A DNA stretch of 59,465 bases, counting the filler, from Bipalium vagum (Eukaryota), in NCBI GenBank assembly GCA_037834085.1. It is 3 parts of 3 records of this genome, joined end to end, with 100 filler letters (N's around TTAATTAATTAA, not from the genome) between each part and the next. Parts side by side here need not be neighbours in the genome. Positions count along the whole stretch, not along the records: positions 15,708 to 42,667 come from JBBMKC010112224.1; positions 42,768 to 59,465 come from JBBMKC010097736.1; 1 more part is not named here. One strand, written 5' to 3'. Of this stretch, positions 41,501 through 52,194 are shown piece after piece. The stretch's first letter is position 1. The number at the start of each line of letters is the position of its first letter. The position numbers were made by a program, and so were the translations under genes. The notes beneath the pieces were generated by a model. It was not told where the DNA came from and did not search any database. It saw nothing but the letters and a program-made list of their open reading frames with translations.

Positions 41501-42472
41501 TATTAAAAGCCATTGATACAATGTAATATTAAATTCCCTTTGCTTAAATATATACTTGTGCGGATGGACTTGATTGATAAAACCATTTTTTGTTTTATTT
41601 TAACTCTTGAACTGATCCTTTAATAACGTTCAATTCATCACGCTATTTCGCGGGTACTCAAGCCTTGTTCAAGATAATTTAATATTAACTGCTTGCCTTC
41701 CAGGTTAATCTTGTTTCTTCTTTTTTTTTATCGAATGTCTTAATTTATCTCTATTTTGCCATAAATAAAGAGAAATAAAACAAGAGTTAATAAACAAGAG
41801 TTAAACAAAACAAGAGTTAATGAACTCCATAAAATGAACTCCATAAAACAAGAGTTAATGAAAATATTTTAAAGAAATCTTAAAATATTATAAGTAGTTG
41901 AAAGTTATGAATATTATTATTTGATAGATGTGTTCCCATCAAAACAGTACTTAAATAAACATTTTTTTTCGAACTTCGTGCTATTATATAATTGATTTTC
42001 ATATATAGATAGGTTCATAGTTTTATTACACTAAAAAATTTTAAATTGTACCTTTTATTGAGATAAACTAAAGTGTATATACATCACTTTATATATATAT
42101 ATATATGCATTTTATACGGAGGTTTCACTCAATTTGTTTTAATTTTTTAGTAATGATATAAAAATGATATCTCTATTATCTAAAATCGTTTCTCCCGATT
42201 TGTTTTAATTTAAAACTTTAAAGGGATCTTGTTTTAATTCTACTTACTTTTATCAAAGTTGATTCTGTTGACATATCCTTAATCGATTCAGTCGACTTTA
42301 TCATTGCTCTTCCTCTAAATTTTGGACTTGATGACAAAGGAGAAAGTGTAATTCCAGGTGTAGAAATGATATCCATTTCAAGGTCTTTGGAACGAACTTC
42401 TAAACAGTCGAGAATATTGCAATTCTCAATCTCGTCTTGAAATCTTGCAATTCGTACATCAGCTATAAGTCC
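19850..42472 (-). CDS. Atypical fibrillar-type collagen: (TSPN/LamG-like)x>=4 + short triple helix + COLFI; 5'-truncated by gap
   Basis: 26 phase-compatible GT-AG exons (5268 nt): 42472-42248, 39861-39669, 39626-39422, 39376-39220, 39169-38902, 38857-38674, 38631-38478, 37441-37217, 33925-33682, 31124-30920, 29003-28847, 28788-28503, 28461-28284, 28233-28077, 28020-27832, 26214-26053, 26013-25873, 25831-25487, 25445-25122, 25004-24954, 24912-24663, 24616-24479, 24434-24139, 21904-21812, 21766-21473, 19996-19850. COLFI motifs: NSCQDL, WLDPNEG, QLKFLQ..Q.I.F.C, YDEC, LPITD, PVCFV*. TSPN-like motifs: WNKVSIQI..I.I.INC, WYKIDL..ITLVMDC, FQGLIADVRI. Confidence 0.85.
20054..20562. repeat. (ATT)n (20054-20110) and (AAT)n (20510-20562) microsatellites
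   Basis: Two direct trinucleotide runs in opposite orientation within the last collagen intron. Confidence 0.9.
20900..21200 (-). mobile_element. Tc1/mariner-superfamily relic (rosa/DD41D-like C-terminus)
   Basis: Minus frame RSCDLTLPDSCLWGYLKDKVY matches the RSPDLTPxDFxLWGYLKxKVY motif. Confidence 0.6.
22133..23398 (-). mobile_element. Full-length (1266 bp) mariner DD34D element with a frameshifted transposase
   Basis: TIRs TCAGGTTGTGTTGTATGAAATTTGTA / TACAAATTTCATACTAGACAACCTGA, TA on both sides. ATG at 23210. Motifs KWVPHQL, RIVTCDEKW, LLQDNA, HPPYSPDIAPTDYYFF. Split over at least 4 ORFs. Confidence 0.92.
23580..23900 (+). mobile_element. Mariner 5' relic
   Basis: Decayed N-terminus (..NSKEAAENINKTF..TV..RFWF). 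Confidence 0.45.
26960..27620 (+). mobile_element. Degenerate mariner relic with an internal 27-bp tandem duplication
   Basis: WVPHEL, IITGDEKWIYF and KKVLLSIWWD motifs. ACAATTTTTGGGTTGGGACTTACAGAG occurs twice at 26984-27037. Confidence 0.7.
29124..30026 (-). mobile_element. Internally deleted mariner (903 bp)
   Basis: Near-perfect TIRs TTAGGAGTACCCATAAGTAATCAATTATT / AATAATTGATTACTTATGGATACTCCTAA with TA TSD. ATG near 29860, IVTGNE and LPTRWQNVLDNDGYY retained, central catalytic part missing. Confidence 0.88.
31853..32203 (+). mobile_element. Mariner 3' fragment
   Basis: WEVLLHPSYSPDLALSDYHLFRGLQNFL..RWKEVLENNGDYIID*, followed by TIR GAACTTTGTTTCCAACTTAA-TA. Confidence 0.85.
33598..33660. 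repeat. Imperfect (AAT)n microsatellite
   Basis: AAT/GAT trinucleotide run. Confidence 0.8.
34091..35954 (-). mobile_element. Chimeric mariner: outer element enclosing a Himar1/irritans-like transposase fragment
   Basis: Outer imperfect TIRs (..GGTGGACCATAAGTCCTTTCGTATTTT / AAAATACGAAAAGAGTTTTGAACCACC..). Outer transposase 34150-35050 (RPGRP, RIVTSDE, HDNA, PDLAPSDYHLF). Inner fragment 35055-35888 (KWVPRLLT, RFVTVDETW, HHDNAPAH, PAYSPDLGPSDFFLF). Confidence 0.8.
35986..37041 (-). mobile_element. Mariner (mellifera-like), decayed with deletions
   Basis: TIRs TTGGCTAGTCTAAAAAGTTTCCGCCGATTTTG / CAAAATCGGCGAAGATTTTTAGACTACCCAA, TA TSD. ATG 36867 MDINKEEMRYIMTFYFLKGKNA. FHQDN and HPPYSPDISPSDYHL motifs. 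Confidence 0.9.
37790..38400 (+). mobile_element. Heavily decayed mariner relic
   Basis: Remnants such as SKSTIPTHLKAL, ADEK and IVWWS in the expected order. Confidence 0.45.
39938..42129 (-). mobile_element. Degenerate Tigger/pogo element
   Basis: Ends AGTGAAACTTTCATAAAA / TTTTATACGGAGGTTTCACT are approximate inverted repeats. Minus-strand motifs LYQWLL, WMTTFI, VILYLDNCSAH, SWKLVKPETIRK. Confidence 0.7.
41776..41860. repeat. Composite tandem repeat (AAACAAGAGTTAA x4 interleaved with TGAACTCCATAAAA x2)
   Basis: Read directly from the sequence. Lies in the 5' non-coding part of the Tigger relic. Confidence 0.85.
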
Positions 42473-42575
42473 CTGAAAATATTCATGAGCCTCAAAATTT
42501 ATTTTATTTTAATTATTTTTCTTTTAAATTATTATACAAATAAATATGGATTGCTATCTGACTATTTGTTACTAG
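42150..42575 (-). repeat. Segmental duplicate of 37104-37545 (collagen TSPN-tail/linker exon plus flanks)
   Basis: The 225-nt exon copies differ at 8 positions by eye. Flanking intron sequence is recognisably homologous but more diverged. Confidence 0.92.
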
Positions 42576-42667
42576 TCCACTATTTAAATATTTTTATAAT
42601 AACCCGAAATACACCCGAATTAAATCCTGGTTTACTAAAAATTCAAAGGAATGATCTGCTTTTTCAA

Positions 42668-42767
42668 NNNNNNNNNNNNNNNNNNNNNNNNNNNNNNNNN
42701 NNNNNNNNNNNTTAATTAATTAANNNNNNNNNNNNNNNNNNNNNNNNNNNNNNNNNNNNNNNNNNNN
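42668..42767. other. Artificial contig linker N44-TTAATTAATTAA-N44
   Basis: Identical to 15608-15707. Confidence 0.97.
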
Positions 42768-45650
42768 TAATAATAATAATATAAATTCAGAAAAATCAAA
42801 TCAAATCATATACACAGATCGAGAAGTTTTTTCAATGAAAAAATTTACCCAATTTTTTATTTCAATCAATTTAAAATGTCATTTTAAATTAAGGTTTCAT
42901 CTGGAAGAAAGGAAATTTTTCTAAAAAGTAAAAATACTGAACCGATTCCAAAAATTAATATACTGCTAAAGCTATAAGTTACTCTAAAAGTATTATTTAT
43001 TATAATTAGTCTTGTCATACAAACAATCTGAAAAAGATTGAACTTATAATAATAGTGTGAAGATAGAAAACCTAAGAAAAAGATTATTTTTAACGAACTT
43101 CTTTCATGAATATAAAGTTTCAAAATATATATTTGAATTTCAACCTGCTACCTCTTTCAGTTTATAGATAATGTTTGGTTGTTATGAAGAAAGTCAATTA
43201 TCAAAAAGTGTGACATATCACTAAAAATTGTAATACATCTTCAAAAAACCCTATTTTTAAAACTCATGACCAGAATTACCAAGGTTTCTTTACATCTGGA
43301 ATATGTGCACTCTCAAAGCGCTGGTAGATGTGTTTTGATGTTGATACAGCTTTTTTTGATAAATAAAAGATGGCATAAAGCCTTTTTTTTTTCATTAATT
43401 TGGTCAACTGAAATTATATACATGTAAATTATATATATGTAAAATACGAAATTTCATATGCAACAACATAACAATTGATCATTCGTGAAAAATTAATTTT
43501 CTACTTACCTCACATAATATATCCAGTTAAACCTTGAAGTTTTTTGTTATTCACATCTTTCATGTCACTTGCTTAGTACAATTACAGTCAACTCCCTCTA
43601 TAAGCAATACTCACTATAAAGCTCACCATAAGATATAGAACGCACAGTTCCCGACAAATTTATATAAAATGTAGAAAAGCTACGTATAATTAGCAACACG
43701 GTACGATATTTTTATGAACTTTATTTAAATAGCTGTTTAAATAATATTGTTCTTATTTATTAAATAAATACTTAACAAATAACAATGATTACCTATTTTA
43801 TAAAATAAAAAATCTGGTTTTTTTATTGATTGGAGTAAGCACATTTTAAATAGACTTTTAGATTTAATAAATTGCGATGAGTAACCCACAAGGTTTATGA
43901 AAGTTGATTTAATCGAATTTTTATATTTTAGATTCAAAAATGTCTATAAATAAAAGAAAGCCTTATGATTTACGATTAAAACAAAATTTTCAAGCAATTT
44001 TGTTACAGGTGTGTTAGATATCATCGAAGCCCTTTCAAATAAAAATTACAAAAAATAATGTATTTTTTGGTCAATTTCCTATTTTTAAAGATTGTAAAAT
44101 CAATTTTATTTTTCTTCCAGTCAATTTAATACATCATTTTTTAAAATTATAAGGTAAATTCTCTGGGGCTCCCAGTGATTATATTCATTAATTCTCTATA
44201 TCAGGATCTCTTATATTTTAATTATTTTTAAGAAAATAAATAAATTTAAAATTCCAAAATGTTAACCACATAGAATAATTATGCATAAATTGTAAATAGG
44301 AAACGGAAAAGGTAACAGAAGACTGGTTTTGGTCAAAGGCTGTAAAATTCTATTTTACCAAAACATTTGGCTCTTTTCAATAATCAAAAACACTTGATAT
44401 TTTTTTTATAATATTTTAATAAAAGCAGAACCAAAATATTACATAAAATCCAGTAAGGGTCTTTTAATCAATCCCAAGTTCATAAAAATTATTTTTATTT
44501 TCAATGATATCAATATTTATGTCTATATCTATGTCTAATTATTGATGTAATTAACATTTATGACTGTAAATCAATACTATTTTAGGGACAATATGCAACT
44601 TAAAATTTTCTCCAGAATTATATAACTAGATCATGTAAGCTTTAATCTTTGAAAGAATGGAGTAACAATTTCTAATTAAAAATTTATAGAACAGTTAATT
44701 AAATGTGATATTTGTAAAATAAATTAATTACTGAAGATTAATGAGAAATTCATCAGATTAAGGTTTGTCATAATTTTATTTTATAATTATTAGTTTAAAT
44801 TGTAATTTCTTTTTTGATTAGAGTTATGGAATCTAAATAATTGCTAATTTCATTAGGAATTTCATTTTACATTTATTTCAATTTAAAAACATTGTTTGAA
44901 TGCATCAGCAAAATATTAGAGATTCAAAAATTAATTTTGTAGATTGGTTTCGTTTTCTGTTTTATCAGTTCTATGGGAAAATTGACCACGTAATTTTTAC
45001 TTGTTACAGGTATTTATTTGTTAAAAGTACCCATTTTTAAAAAATAGTATTATAAAAAATTTATCTAAATAAAAAGTTTAAGTAAATTAAATTCATAAAA
45101 TTTAACTGATACTGGAATAGTAGAATTAATATAAGTATAACTAAATAAAAAGGAAGGATTGTGAGAGTACATAATCGTGTTTGGTTTTCTTTGTTCACCG
45201 AGTTAGCGATATACTTCTGCCTATTATTAATATACAAAAGAATATTAACTAATTTTAATGTTTTCCCCTGTTTGTCAAATTATCTATTATTGTTCTCTAA
45301 CTCAATGATTTCTATTTGGTCAGTTCGGTATGTGGGTAAAAATAATTTACCAAATTTATTTGATAACCACTGAAAGAAAACAAAGGTACCAAATCACCTT
45401 TCAAGTTTGTTCAATTCAAACCCGAATTCGATTCAGACTTTACTTCAATTTACAATTTCGATATGATTTCAATATCTAATTTATTCCACACTAATTCACT
45501 GAAGCCTAATTTTACTTCTTATTCTAGTCTAAATCTAGACTGATTTTTGCGACTTATTATGGAGACCCTGCTAGTCCATTATATAAGAGTCACTGTCCCT
45601 CCACTAGTTCATGAATATGTCTATTTTCCATTAGTTAATGGAGAAAATTG

Positions 45651-45822
45651 GAGGTTTTAATTATTCAGCTCAGTGCGCACGTATTCACCGGAGTTCAATA
45701 ATTAATTATCCTATAAATCGGCTCTCTTTGTTCTTTTCCCATCAGCTTTTCTTTTCCACTAATGAGATTTTCAATTATTCAGTTCATCCCGAACTTATTC
45801 GTCTGAGCTGAATAATTAATTG
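45651..45822. other. Twin related hairpins forming an inverted repeat (candidate miRNA pair or MITE)
   Basis: TTAATTATTCAGCTCAG at ~45657 is the reverse complement of CTGAGCTGAATAATTAA at ~45803. Each arm also folds on itself. Confidence 0.5.
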
Positions 45823-45829
45823 CTTTAGG

Positions 45830-45832
<3 letters not shown>

Positions 45833-45877
<45 letters not shown>

Positions 45878-45900
45878 TCTATTATTATTATGATTATTAT
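45833..45900. repeat. (ATT)n microsatellite
   Basis: Direct trinucleotide run, imperfect at the 3' end. Confidence 0.9.
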
Positions 45901-46539
45901 ATAACTTGCTTACCTTTCAAGATTTAACTTTCCCTTTTATGATATTAGAAATTTCGGTTTCAAATATTCAGAATAATCAATCAGTAAAATATCCTTTCAC
46001 CAAACTGATTTTTCGAAAAGTGATTACTTTATTTAGAAATTAAATCGAAATTCAGACATAAAAATACTATTCAGTCTTACTAAATCAATAAAACAAAATA
46101 GATACACTCACTTCAAAAAGAAAAGCGAATAACAGTACCCATCAATCGAGTAATTGACATTCAAATAGCACAACACGATCCAACGAACTCGTCTGGAATT
46201 TATGCTCAAGGAATTTCCCCTTCCCTACTTTTCCAAAACTCAGCATTATTATTTAGTAATTCATTCTACCAGATATACCGATTATATCTGATTTGTGGAG
46301 AATTTCTGATGGCATAGACAATTTGCCAAACGGATTCAAACGTCCACGAACACCTTATCCAAGGATTCTTTTAATGATCACCTTTAGATATTTTGCTTAA
46401 GAAGAGTTTCATCAAAAACCTTTATTCTTCTACAATTTGTAGAATCAATTTTTAAAATTTTATGAATTTAATTTAGTAATATCTTTTGCTTATATAATAT
46501 TTATAAAAAGTAGGGTACATAGAGTAAATAAGTAATCAT

Positions 46540-46985
46540 ACCACGTTTTATTAACCGGAAAGTGGACAAAAGAAAACTCAATTACCATACATCATGATAA
46601 TATACGACATCATTTTGTTCAAATGGCATCGGACAAATTTGACTGATCTCATTGTTTTAGCAGCTTTTATACCGGATCTAGCCATTTTAGATTTTTATTT
46701 CTTTAGTCAGTTCAAGAGACATTTGCGTAACAGAAATTTGATTAATACGAAACCATAAAAATGCTGTAAAACAATGATGCAAAAGTGAAGATAGACAGTT
46801 TTAGGTGGCTGATCTTACAGCATAGAAAGAAAGGTCGCAGATACTATGTGTTGATGAAGAGGTGGGATATATTATTTGGTGGAAATATATAGCTTGGTAT
46901 TTTACCACCAATTGTAAAATAAAAAATTAATTTTACTTTTTTTATTTATTCTTTAACAGGCTAAACATTTTGAACGGCCTAATAT
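46540..46985 (+). mobile_element. Decayed mariner 3' relic
   Basis: HHDN and YIPDLAILDFYFF remnants, ending in TIR-like AAACATTTTGAACGGCCTAA-TA. Confidence 0.5.
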
Positions 46986-49900
46986 ATGAAGAGTGCGGGT
47001 CGTATTATGTTCTAGTGTTTTTATTTCTATTTCAGACATTTCTAGAGATACAAGGACATATCATATAGGTTATATAAATTATAAATAATTAGATAAATAG
47101 CAGAAACAATAAAAGATCACAAGGAAAATTCTCTGTTAATCAATTTCTTCATGGACATCGACTTCTGAGAAAAACTTTGTTTGCCGCTGTGGCAAGCAAT
47201 TATTAAAATTATTCTTAATAAGGACAATTTTCAAATTTAAGCTCAAAAATAGCGGTTATTATCTCCTAAAATTTATAGCAGAAACAGAATCTCCGAATCT
47301 CAAGTGTGATCAGAAATCCGTTGATCCGCAAGATTACTCAGTTTGTCTGGGCTTGAGTTTCGTTTTAATTAAATAGTAAAACATTCGCGAAAATACAAAT
47401 AACGATTTCAGTTGAGACGAGATTTATCCGGATTACAGGTTAACTTTCCATTCGGAACAGGTTCGCTATTCAGGTCTAATGGGAAAAACGAATCGTGAGA
47501 TTCTGATTTACATTCAACTGAAGCTGCAGGAATTGGGAAAATATTTATACGAAAATGTTGATGGTAACTCGTTTTATAACGACAATGTTGTATCAGTTTT
47601 GTAATTTTTGATGATTTTGTCCCAATTTATTAATGTACATTGAGGCCAGACTGCTGGAGAAATTGATTGCCTGTGAGTTTCCTTTCCACTAAAGTGATTG
47701 CTTTAATTGACAGTGTTGGCAAACCTTAAAATTGTGATCATTTCCTTTTACTTATATTAATCATAAAAGGGTCATTTTAATTCTTATAAAAAATCAGAAA
47801 AAAAACGTTTTCATTTTGGCATTATTTCGTTCGAGATTTTTATTAGTAAATCTTTTCGAACCAGTTTAATAAGTTTTCTCAAAATTATTGATTTATATTA
47901 TTAATACATGTAATTATCGTATTTTTCGAGACGTTTCCCTAATTAAATATTGATAAATAAAAAATAATATTAAACAGTAATTTGTCTATGCTTCATGAAA
48001 TTTTTATCATAAAATAATACTCAATAAATTACAAGAAAATTATTAAGTTCCTTTAACTTTTTAATTAAAACCATTAATTATTTTATTAGAGGTATTTTCA
48101 AATTGTTTAGCACATTGACTTCCAGACCAATTATAATTATTATTGTTACTTAATATTCAGTTACCAGTAACCAAATATGCATTCGATGGATGGTAGCATA
48201 TAATTATTATTGTTTGGAGGCCAAAATAATCTTTTCTGAGACACTTAATCATATACTTCGTAAAAACAAGGACGAACGATTCTCGATCCTGGCAGGTAAC
48301 ATATTAAACAATATAAATGTTGGTAATTTTATTATTTAGCTGTTATGTTTATTAATGAAATCATAAGTACGGAAGATATGAGATAAACGCTTTGATGTTT
48401 TAGAAATACTCCAAAAGGTTTTGGATTTTTATTATCATCGTGATGAATAATGACTAAATCTATATCTGCTAAAACTAGGCACTTTTTTTCAATTTCACGT
48501 TCAAAATCTTCAAATGAATTCAATGCTCATCTGCTCTTATTGTTTCATCAGGTTGTAGCAGGTCGAAATGCATAATATCCATATCGTATTTGATCTTCAT
48601 TCGGAATTTTGTCTGTTATTTAAGCATTAAACTAGCTTCATAAAATTACCAAAAAACAAAAGTTTTGATATATATAAACAATTCCTTAATTGATCGAATA
48701 TGCATTTTTAAACATTACTTCGATGTTCATCATATTAATTATTTTAATATTATAAATATAGTATGTGCCACATAAATCCAAAATAAAATTTCTAGAAAAT
48801 GTTAATAAAAAAATTTATTTTAAATAACCTTTAGTTCTTTTTAGGAAAATTTTTTTCTTTTCGAAATATTCTGAAATCATTTTTAATTTTCATTTATAGA
48901 CAACTGAATTTCTCTTGTGATCGTAGCTCTTTGCAGTTACAAACTTGAAAACCTTGAATTTCTTGTCAAATTCATCAACTTTTTAGACCCTTTCATTTAA
49001 TTAAGAAACTTTAATTTTTTTATTGTTTTCATGATTTTCTAATATTTTTTCAAGTTTAATTTTAAATCTTATCTTTAAAACATATTCTTAAACCCCATTT
49101 CATTTTAACTAATGATGTTTTTAGAATATTGTCAAGGCTTTTTAGAAAGCAACTAAAAGAAAGGTCAATTTTTTATAAAAATCTGTCATTGAAAAATATA
49201 TATAAAAGAAGATTTTTGTTCTTTACCCACTTTATTTTATTATTAAATCTGTTTTTGTTTATTGCATAAAATATTCAAGGACAGAGTGGGGAAAAAATAA
49301 CGAATTTTTTTCAAAAGATAATCCCTTCAAAATGGATTAACAATCATGGATTTGTATCAATTTTGGTATCAAGAAAACTTATCAAAGAAGAGCTAAGCTA
49401 TGGCTAAGCTTTCAATTTCTAATTATATTTAACAAGAGCTGGAGTAAGACAATTTTAACACGATCGAAAGAGAGAAACTACGAAAAGACTTCGTTTTACA
49501 TTCATGTTGAAGTTCACAAAGGCTTTGAAAAAATATTATTATAATTAATTAAATTAAAAATTAATTAAATTTTCTCAATATCTTCTTTTTATTCTCATGG
49601 CTTGTGATATTACGTGGTTTTGGTTACTTCCATCTTTTTTTTAGAAGAGATAATCTTGTTTTTCGAAGAAATAGTTTTATAAAAATAATGTTTTTAATTA
49701 AAATTTTAACAAAAACAGTTAAAGTTATGTGTAAAAATGTTACACTTGAAGCGTTCGGTCTTTTCAATTTTCGAATAAAGATTTTGACTTTCAAAAAAAT
49801 GATTTTTGTTTGAAAATTTTATTAATTTAATGAAAAATTAAATATAAAATAATTTCAACCGGTTCGAATTAATGAAATTTCCTATCATCATAAGAATTTT

Positions 49901-52194
49901 AAACACAAAAAGTAAAATAATAAACTTCAAAGTTTTAAAATATTTTAATTATTTTCAAAATCTAAATTAAAAATATTAAATAAAAATTTATAAATAATTA
50001 CATTTTCTTTATTTATAATTTTATATAATATTTTGAAAATAAATCATATTTTAAGGTTAGCCTTTTTGAAATGTAAATGTACATAAATAAATTTAAAAAT
50101 TCATTTAAATATGCTTTTAAAATACAATTCGCACTTATAACAGTAAAAACATCATTGTATTGTATTATAGATAAGTAAACGAACCTTGTTTATTTAATTG
50201 TTAAATTTAAATGAAAAATTATTAAAAATTTCTCAAAAAAATGAGAAATGAGACATATCAATTCATGTCTTGCTGAAGAACGCACAAATTCCTAGCATGA
50301 AAGCGATGTAAATGATACCCTTGATTGGATCCTTGAAATCAAATCAATGAAATCAGCATATTTTGATTTCAAATTTCTGCTAAATATCCTCAGCAACAAA
50401 AATGAATAATGTAGTTCACCTATTTTACATATGATAATAAATACTTTTTTAGACGTTTCAGGTATTCTTTCTCGTTTCTCTTTTCGCACTATCTATCTAA
50501 AAATAGTCATCCAATAGAAACGCACTTACTATTGGCTGTTACATACCAAAAAAGAACCATTTGTTTGTTCAGAGAAACGAAAAATGTCAAATATTGTCTC
50601 CTAAACCAGCTCTCTAAAATCTATAACGACATTGGTTAAAGATTTAATAATATTTGCTAAAAACAGATTTGATTTTTTAGAATCAGGTCTACTCAATGAT
50701 CATGAAAGAAATGAAATAGTAGATCATGAGAAACAAAAAAATAGTGAAAGCACTAATAAGAGTCGATTCACAATTACCTAGTGAAAAGATTGCAAAAATT
50801 TTTGAATCAACATCAATTAAGAACCGATTTTTATTCGATTGAATAATCATATAAAGCAAGTATTTAGGTACCGTTATGGTATTAAAAATCGAATTTTACT
50901 CCACAATCTCAATAGAAAAAACAGTGGTATTCCACAGCTTAGTTACATATCCTTACATTAAATCTAAAAGTTCATCCTAAGAAGTCTGATCGTAGTTTCA
51001 TGCGATTGCAGTGAAATAATCTATTGGGGATTGTTCAGTTAGAATATGAGACAAACGATATCAACAAATACTATGAGAAATTAGATAGATTATATGAGAT
51101 TTTTATTAAACAGGTTTAGTTTACTGAGTAGTAGTTAACAAATATGAATTTTTTTATAATTATTATTTTTCATGCAGACCCTCTGCAAACGGTTGTGGAA
51201 CCTCCCTTTCACTATTTTAAAATTTTATTCCCTAAAACCAAAATATAATCATTGAATTTCATGAAAGATTATATTTTTAATCCTTTATCCAAGCATTAGA
51301 TAAATAAAATAATAATTTATTAAGAAATTAATTTTGAGTCATTCTGAATTTTTGAAAATATTTTTCTTAGACTTGTTTATTTTATCCTTGAACAAGAAAA
51401 AGAAAAAAAGAGTGAAATTAAAATGGGTCGTTCTGGGGAACAACTGAGCGTTTGAATTATGGCAATGGAAATCGTTATTTCTTGGTGATTAATTTGAATA
51501 TTAAATAATTACATTAAAATTATTTATCTTTGAAAATTTCAATCCGTAAAATTTTTAATTTAATTAATTAAATATAATTGTCTAAAATTGTTACACAAAT
51601 GTAAAGATTCATCTACAGGAGAAATTATCTCTTCTTTAATTAATATCATATTTTTAATTATTTCTTTACATGCTATACGCAATTTATATGAGAAATATTA
51701 GAAGAATATTGAAGGCTATTGTGATTATTGAACAAACATTATTGATTTAAAAAAATTCTTTCAACATAAAATTTAATATTTGAAAAATATAATTTAAAAC
51801 AGATATTTTAAAAATAAGAAATGAAAAATAAAATGTGAAAAATATAAAATATTTCTTGAATTTTTAAAATATTTTTTACAAGTTTACTTTCGATTTAATT
51901 AATTTATATTTTTTACTTTCGCAAATGTTATATCGTTTTGTTTCAATCATTTTTTTGTATTATTTAATAATTATTTTTCGAAACTTTATTTTAAAAATTC
52001 TTGAATTAAATTTATTTAAAAGACTGACTTTTATCTGGGCTGATGGGATTTTATTGATGACATAAAATGAAAAGAAATTTATTTGTTTTATTAAAAGCTG
52101 AGAAAGTTAACTTCTTAATAATCGCTTAAGATTGTAATTATAAAATTTATTTATTAAATCTACAAATATTAATAACTAAATGGAATTAGATTTA

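Noticed and set aside
46108-47620. GC-richer islands with a minus-strand GTGAGT donor (~46110) and a ~60-codon open frame (47420-47604)
   Set aside because: No recognisable protein or consistent exon chain. Could be UTR or regulatory DNA but unsupported.
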